From: Eledone cirrhosa
Taxonomy: Eukaryota
Assembly: GCA_964016885.1 (NCBI GenBank)
Contig: OZ024740.1
Span: 282,782,001 to 282,846,000 of the forward strand
Direction: 5' to 3'
Length of the DNA stretch: 64,000 nucleotides
Both the position numbers and the translations under genes were made by a program. Under the pieces are notes generated by a model, which worked only from the letters and a program-made list of their open reading frames with translations, was not told the DNA's origin and did not search any database. Positions 56,700-64,000 of the stretch are shown here, in pieces (the stretch's first letter is position 1; the number at the start of each line of letters is the position of its first letter).

Positions 56700-58405
56700 T
56701 AGTATATTCCCGATTGAAACCGAAGTAAGGGATACTGTTGTCAGAAAAAAAGGGGGAAACTGCCATTTTCCTGCATGAATCTTTAAAAAAATATGTAAAT
56801 AAAACCTTCTCCAATGGGTGCTGGGAATCAGTTTCCGTGCACACTAAAGCCAATGATATTAGAATAGAGTTCAGCAGGGATTGTCAACCGAAGTAAAACT
56901 ACAAGCCAATCTAGCAATCTCTCTATCAATGGCCTAACTGTTTTCCCGGTATCTGACGGGGACTTCTACAGATATTTAGTGATAGATGAAAATACATCTA
57001 TGGAGGAATTTGTAACAAGGAACGATTAACCAAAGTATTTAATACCCGAATAAACAAGAATACGGTCCTCTGAAATCTCTGCGCACAATAAATCAGTAGT
57101 CCACAATGTGTTTGCTGTGCCTGTCCTGACTGTCCTGACTACTTGACTGGACGCTAGATGAGACCCGAGCCATTGGTGTTAAAACCTGAAAGATTATAAC
57201 CGACACCGGAAATTTCAATCCCAACAGTGACAGTTGTTGCCTTGGGGAGACAGAGGCTTAACATCAATCGAAACAGTATTTGATTCAGTGTTCTGTCATA
57301 TTCCTCCGTCAACATCTACGAACCACTAAGAATAAGAGGCTATCTGTACAACTAGTCTGTCTACACGAGGCAAATAACATCATAAGAGTTAGGAAGGAGC
57401 TCTTTGAAATATATTCCATGCATGGTAACCAAAACCTTACATCCATTGAAATTGCACAGTAATACCAATGAATCCATGGCTGAAAAGCTACATGCTTATC
57501 AGAAAAACAATCATGCATGTCTACGTTGATGGAAAGCTTCAACGTGAGAGTAATATAGATAATCAATGTAGTCTATCTTGGAGCATCAACGGCTATATTG
57601 GCTCTCATGTTGAAGGGTGCGTTTTTGGCAATCCAAGAACAGGAAACAACAGCGAAATACTTGATGCACAAAAGAGAAAAGGATGCAGGCGAAACGCAGC
57701 GATGTGACAACAGATGCAGACTCTGTGGAATAAACATCAAATATCTCATCCACATCATAAACAGATGTACAAATATATCATCATTATACTATCTACCATT
57801 ATACTATCTTGCCATTCTGAGTTCAAATCCCGCCGAGGTTAACTTTGCCTTTCATCCTTATGGGGTCGATAAAATAAAGTACCGGTAATACACTGGGTAA
57901 TTGCTGGCCTTGTGCCAAAAAGGTAGAAACAATTATACTATCTACCTATGAGACCTGATGTAGTGGCCAAATGCAATACGTAGAATGTATAACCCTGAGA
58001 ATAAATATATAAAGTTACAGTGATAAGAATATTTATATACAATACAAAACAGTAATGGTGCTGTGTTCCAATCAAAACCCCAATACATTTTAAACATAAC
58101 AGGCATAGTGATACGGGAAAGAATGCATGCACAGTAGTGGAAATCAGCTGTCCAGCAAATTTCAATATAATCCTAGAGATTAAAAAAAGAGCATTCATGC
58201 TGAACTAATGAGGAATCTGTGGATCCATCCTTTAAATATGTTCCTGTGATCATTGGAACTCTGGTTATGTTACTAACCACTCCACTATAAATCTCGAGAG
58301 CCTGACAGAACCAGAAGGAAACGGATAATTAGGAAGCTGCAAATGCAGTCCATTACTGGGATTGTAAATATATGTAAACATATCAAAAATGTATTATGTA
58401 ATAAC
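56700..58405 (+). mobile_element. Decayed R4/Dong-like non-LTR element (RT thumb, CCHC, restriction-like endonuclease)
   Basis: FYRYLVIDE, AHNKSVVHNVFAVPVL, FLAIQEQE, CRLCG..IHIINRC, HN.(PD)..VEISCP, VPVIIGTLG remnants. Confidence 0.7.
57810..57936 (+). mobile_element. 5'-truncated SINE family 1 nested in the R4-like LINE
   Basis: TSD attatactatct on both sides. Confidence 0.85.
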
Positions 58406-59549
58406 TGAATATACACATGTATAGACGTAGACACATACACACGTGTATACATATAACTCAAAACATGCAGATTCACATATGCAATAACTTCCATACCAGT
58501 ACACACGTGCACACAGACCCATACAGATATACATACGTATTTACCTATAGTCGATGTTGTCTAAATTCCAATGATGGAGTCTTCTTTCTATATTAGAAAC
58601 CGGCTCCCTCTCTGTTGGTGAAAGTTTATAGAATAATGGTTTCTGATATTTATTGAGACTGATAATTTGCTTAGTAAGGATGAAACCACTCCGGAACTAC
58701 CGACTCATACTTTTCTCCTCTAGTCAGATGTATTATTTACTATAACCCACTTTACACTAACCATTGTATCCAGTATCTATTTGCACAGCACCTTAGCTCT
58801 CTGGAATTCCCTTCCTGCATATGACTTTCTTGCTGTCTTTCACTTGCTATAGTTTAATCGATAGGGCTTGTACGCCTTCTATTTTAATGTCAAGGCTGAG
58901 GGGTCCAAGGTCCATGGAGACAGTCCGTTTCTTCAGACTATACTAATATAAAGAGTAAAAGTCGATTCTAGTTAATGTTTATTATACTATATTGTAATTA
59001 TGAAAATGATATTTTCTCATCTTCTGTCTTAACACTTAAGACAGACGGAAGTTTCAAAATTAACCATTAGAGACTAATCTACCAAAATTGGGATGATTAC
59101 ATAATGCCTGAAGACTGAATCCCATGATGAGGAATGGCAGATCTAGCGGGTATCGTTCGCTGTACTCCAGGAAAACGCTTTCGCCAACATATGCTGTTAA
59201 ACAAAGAATGTAGAATTTTTCTCTTACTATTTCTCTCCTCTTTCTCTTTTTGTTTGTCTTTTAATTGGGTTAATACATAAACACTATCATTATTATTCAC
59301 AGTGTCATTTCATCGTTACGGGTTCGATATAATAAACTATCAGTAACAAACTGAGATCGATTAAACTCACTTCCCCTTCCCTTCCAGTTGCTGGCCTTGT
59401 TCAAAACATAGATACAATTATTATTCATTATGCCAGGGCGTTATATTGGCAGACTAGTTAATGCATCGGACAAAATACTTTGTAGCATTTAGTTACAGCC
59501 AATTACGTTCAAATCCCGAAAGGTCAAACTTGCTTGCCATCTTTTCTAC

Positions 59550-59586
<37 letters not shown>

Positions 59587-60394
59587 GAGAGAGAGAGAGA
59601 GAGAAATGGAGACAGGAAGAGAGAAAAGTGGTCACAGGAATAATATAAAAAATACTCTACATTCATATTTGTAAACTTTTCGTGAAGAGACGCATGCTTG
59701 GCGTCTATTGATTTTTAGATGACTACCATTTCCTATAGCAATGCCACAATAATCAATGTTGTTAAATAACTGTTTATACTCTTCTAATTAGTGGCATTCT
59801 AGAAAGCTTAATGAAGACCGTAATGATATCTGTTTCAAACTTGGATTAACCATCGAGTATGGATGAGTCACCAAAGGCAACGCGGCTGGACATGACAACA
59901 TTAACAATATCAGCAAAGAACCAGAGCAAGCATTGTCAGTGATCAACGAAATATAATTATTTGCATTTATAAATGAAATTATCAAGTACATTCTTCTTGA
60001 TGTTATCAACTCAACAATGGTTTTTGTAATTGCTATAAACAAGCAAAAAGATGTCCCTGTTGGCTATATGAACGGAATGAAAACATATTGGGACTGTCTA
60101 CACATTAAGCTGAATTATTTCATAACAAACAATTGCGGCCTTCACAGCCGCCGCAATAGTAAATAAATAATATGTGATGAGAGTTGGTGATCAAACCACG
60201 CAAAGAACTCATCTTTTTCTTTCTACGTCGATTCAATAAGTTAAATTCTCACCCGCAATCATGCAAAATGTTTGCCTTGAGTCAAAATTTTAAACTACAC
60301 ATGAAGGTCATTGGGTTCTTGTTTATTAAATTTTATTGAAATGTTATACTTCAAGGATTTTCCTTGAAGTATAGTTAATTATTTTCTTTATATA

Positions 60395-60573
60395 GAGTGC
60401 TGGATTGGCAGTATCAGTAGAAGGTCAGACGCCATGCTTTGCCGCATAGAGTTCATATCCCGCCGAGGTTAACCTTGCCTTTCATCCTTATGCTGTCGAT
60501 TAAATAAAGTATAAAGTACCAGTAATGCACTGGGGTAATTGCTGGTCTTGTGCCAAAAGTAGAAACAATTATT
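60395..60573 (+). mobile_element. SINE family 1 with 16-bp TSD
   Basis: aattattttctttata flanks both ends. Confidence 0.88.
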
Positions 60574-61053
60574 TTCTTTATAACAAGGCAAACCCTTTTC
60601 TAATGCAGGGATTATTAAGTTAGCATCATATATAGATATTATTTAGGAAATTTTCAGTAATTAGGAAATTTTCAGTAATTCTAGGGTGACATCATGAGTT
60701 AAATAGAATGGCTATAACTGTCAATGAAATTCTCATATATTATAACTCAAAGCTTTTGCGTAGAATTGAAGAAAACTTAATTTTTTTCATCAATGTGGAA
60801 TATCACTTTAGTTTATTTTATCTTGCTACAGATAAGGAAAGGCGGTTTAGTAATTGATAGAAGCCATATAATTTATTTTTTATATATAAATACAGGTTTG
60901 AGATAAAGTTACGGATTTATATTTGTTTTATAAGCAGACACAGATATGCACCTGCGCACGGACATACACAAACATACACGCACACACAGAGACCCACACA
61001 CGCACACACACGCACACACACACACATACACACAGACACATATATATAAATAG

Positions 61054-61135
<82 letters not shown>

Positions 61136-61262
61136 ATAATAATAAAATTGAAGACTAAAATCCAAAGAGGGCTCGATAAGGAAAATATATATCAAATATA
61201 TAAGAACCGTAGAGCAAATATTTATTAAAATAACAGATTAAAGTTTAAGCAAAGAATCGCTG

Positions 61263-61367
<105 letters not shown>

Positions 61368-61377
61368 TGTGTGTCTG

Positions 61378-61770
61378 ATGGTAGCTAAGATGCCTCCATA
61401 GGCGGTATGCCGGTTGAGCACTCTATGTTCTTACAGAGCAGAGTATGATATAATATAAAACGAAAAATCAGTGATGCATCTGAACTCAATTTATTGTGAG
61501 TTACAATTGTTTCGCCGGCGGACAGATCGAGACACGATCATTGTGTGGATCTGTCTGATTCTGGATCTACAGGTTCGATGGACACGTCTAATGATTTCGG
61601 AGTAAATTTGCTCCGAAAGAATTTGGTCCGAAATCATTAGACGTGTCCATCGAACTTGTAGATCCAGAATCAGACAGATCCACACAATGATCGTGTCTCG
61701 ATCTTTCCCCCGACGAAACAATTATAACACACAATAAATTGAGTTCAGATACATCACTGATTTTTCGTTT

Positions 61771-61780
<10 letters not shown>
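61378..61780. mobile_element. Fold-back PLE end, family L (arms 61448-61601 and 61627-61780, tail on the left)
   Basis: ~150-bp inverted arms; GAAA caattr TA half-core; tail hairpin motif. Confidence 0.72.
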
Positions 61781-61810
<30 letters not shown>

Positions 61811-61853
61811 GAATTCTTTTCTCGCGCGTTCTTGGCCAAGCCGGTATGAATTT

Positions 61854-61935
<82 letters not shown>

Positions 61936-62282
61936 GCGACTTCACAGAACTTATGTTTACCGAATTCGCAGACCAGACCCCTTCTTCCTCCCGTTAGACC
62001 TGTGCGAAATTCCTTCCTTGCTCAAATTTCAACCAGGTTTGATGGTCTTTAGTCTCTCGTTCACGATTTCACCGAGTTTATATTCATAGAAATCTGGGAC
62101 TTGTCTCTTTCTTCTCACTTTCTGTTGCTTAAACCATTTTGTTTGTTCACCCCAGCGTCCCCTTTATTTACGTGTCCCAACGACTTTTTTTAGCCGTTGT
62201 TCGCACCAACCTGAGGTATATGGCCTTTAAAGTGATGAAATGCCTAGGACGGTTGGTAGGCCACTGATGAAGGACTTACTTG

Positions 62283-62338
<56 letters not shown>

Positions 62339-62342
<4 letters not shown>

Positions 62343-62958
62343 TTTTGCGAGGTTTTTGATATTAAATCGTGTGTCGAAACATATATTGTATATACTTGGG
62401 GAATGTCAAATTTGTGTTATAATATTGCCAGAATTAATAACAGAACACACTCACTGTTTGGTTGGTTTTCGCTTCTGTGTCTTTTATATCGGTTAATTTA
62501 ATTTATTCGGTCCTCAATGTTGCCATTGACTGACCAACGGTAAAAAATACAAATACAATATAGACACAAGCACATATATATAGTTTATCAAAGTTCTTTC
62601 GTTGCACATCTGCAACATCGTCAGTGGTGCTATTGTTTCCCCCCGTTGCATTGTATTTTCTACGCCATCTTTATTTAATCTGTTTATATATTTATTTATT
62701 TGTTTATTCTATTTTGTCTTCTTTGCGCATGCGTTTGCGTGTGTGTATAGTGTTTTGGTTGATGTGTGTTCGTGATTGGGTGACTGTGTATTGGTTAATG
62801 TATTCTATCTTTACTAGTGTGTGTTTATATGTGTTTGTTGTTATTGGGCTTGTGTATGTATTTATTTATTTATTTATTTATTTAAAAGCAACCAAACAGT
62901 TAGTGTGTTCTGTTATTAATTCTGGCAATATTACACAAATATGACCCTCCCCAAGTAT

Positions 62959-62966
<8 letters not shown>
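62339..62966. mobile_element. Fold-back 3' end of a family C relative (tail on the left, short arm 62900-62966)
   Basis: Homologous to 26703-27200 and to the tail at 31459-31503. Confidence 0.85.
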
Positions 62967-63009
<43 letters not shown>

Positions 63010-63011
<2 letters not shown>

Positions 63012-63093
63012 AACGAGTACCCACTCTACTACCCTAAGTATTGAGTACTTTGGTGCTTTATGGTCCACCTGGTTCCTTACCACATTTCCTTCG

Positions 63094-63134
<41 letters not shown>

Positions 63135-63333
63135 AACCAGTAAGACCCCGACGGCTGAGCTCAAGCCGTTTCAACGGCTAATTCTGGACATAATTTAGTC
63201 CAGAATTAGCCGTCGAAACGGCTTGAGCTCAGCCGTCGGGGTCTTACTGGTTCCTATTACCCACTCTACTACCCTAAGTATTGAGTACTTTGGTGTGTTA
63301 TGGTCCACCTGGTTCCTTACCACATTTCCTTCG

Positions 63334-63336
<3 letters not shown>
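63010..63336. mobile_element. Family D: solo tail (63010-63096) plus palindromic element (63131-63257) with tail
   Basis: ~59-bp near-perfect arms with an 8-nt loop. Confidence 0.8.
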
Positions 63337-63387
<51 letters not shown>

Positions 63388-63389
<2 letters not shown>

Positions 63390-63885
63390 GTGTTCAAATA
63401 CCGCCGAGGTTAACTTTGCATTTCTTCCTTAATGGGTTGATAAAATAAAGCACCAGCAATGCACGGGGGTCGATTTAATCGACCCCCCCCTCCCCACAAA
63501 TTGCTGGCCTTGTGCTTACAGTAGTTATCATTATATGTATTACCTATGAGATAAAAATCGTTAAGATGGGATCTTTCTACAGTCAGTTGCTATCCACAAA
63601 ATTACATTACAAAAGGGCATAAAATAAAGTACCAGTAATGCACTGGGCAATTGCTGGCCTTGTGCCTAACATAGAAACAATTATTACAAAAGGGCGGTGG
63701 ATTGGCAGCATCGGTAGCGGGTCGGACGCCATGCTTTGACGCATAGAGTTACGGCCCTTGCCATTCTGAGTTCAAATCCCGCCGAGTTTAACTTTGCCTT
63801 TCATCCTTACCGGGTCGATAAAATAAAGTACCAGTATTACACTGGTTAATTGCTGGCCTTGTTCCAAGAGTAGAAACAATTATTA
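63388..63885 (+). mobile_element. Cluster of SINE family 1 copies (variant 63388-63530, 3' fragment 63619-63685, full copy 63693-63885)
   Basis: A and B boxes, central domain, attacaaa duplications. Confidence 0.85.
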
Positions 63886-64000
63886 CAAACCAGCGTTCTG
63901 CAACACCAGCGTCTCACATAAGTGTAGCCTTAAATCGTGGGAGGGTAACACTAACTGAACTCCGTTTCCACTCCTAAGTACACCACTCCTTTAACACGTT

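Overview
AT-rich, microsatellite-dense eukaryotic DNA with no supportable host gene. The repeat complement looks molluscan or cephalopod, which is an inference. Almost all ORF-track entries are translations of (TA)n, (CA)n or (AAC)n repeats. The window is mostly retroelements. There is one young Penelope-like element (PLE) with an open RT + C-terminal GIY-YIG ORF (27236-30394, minus strand) and a ~1.05 kb inverted copy of its 3' end. Several decayed PLEs of a second (YRDD) type are present, along with decayed CR1-, Tx1/L1-, RTE- and R4/Dong-type LINEs, two tRNA-derived SINE families and two non-autonomous Helitron-like elements. The main pattern is about a dozen unrelated families of fold-back PLE ends inserted in (TA)n. 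Most carry a type I hammerhead ribozyme. One arm stops at a family-specific site and the other continues into a tail. In most families the tail opens with the same bulged hairpin (RYTC-upper stem-2 nt bulge-GARY), which shows compensatory changes and is a candidate cis-element positioning reverse-transcription initiation. All structures were read by eye and boundaries are approximate.
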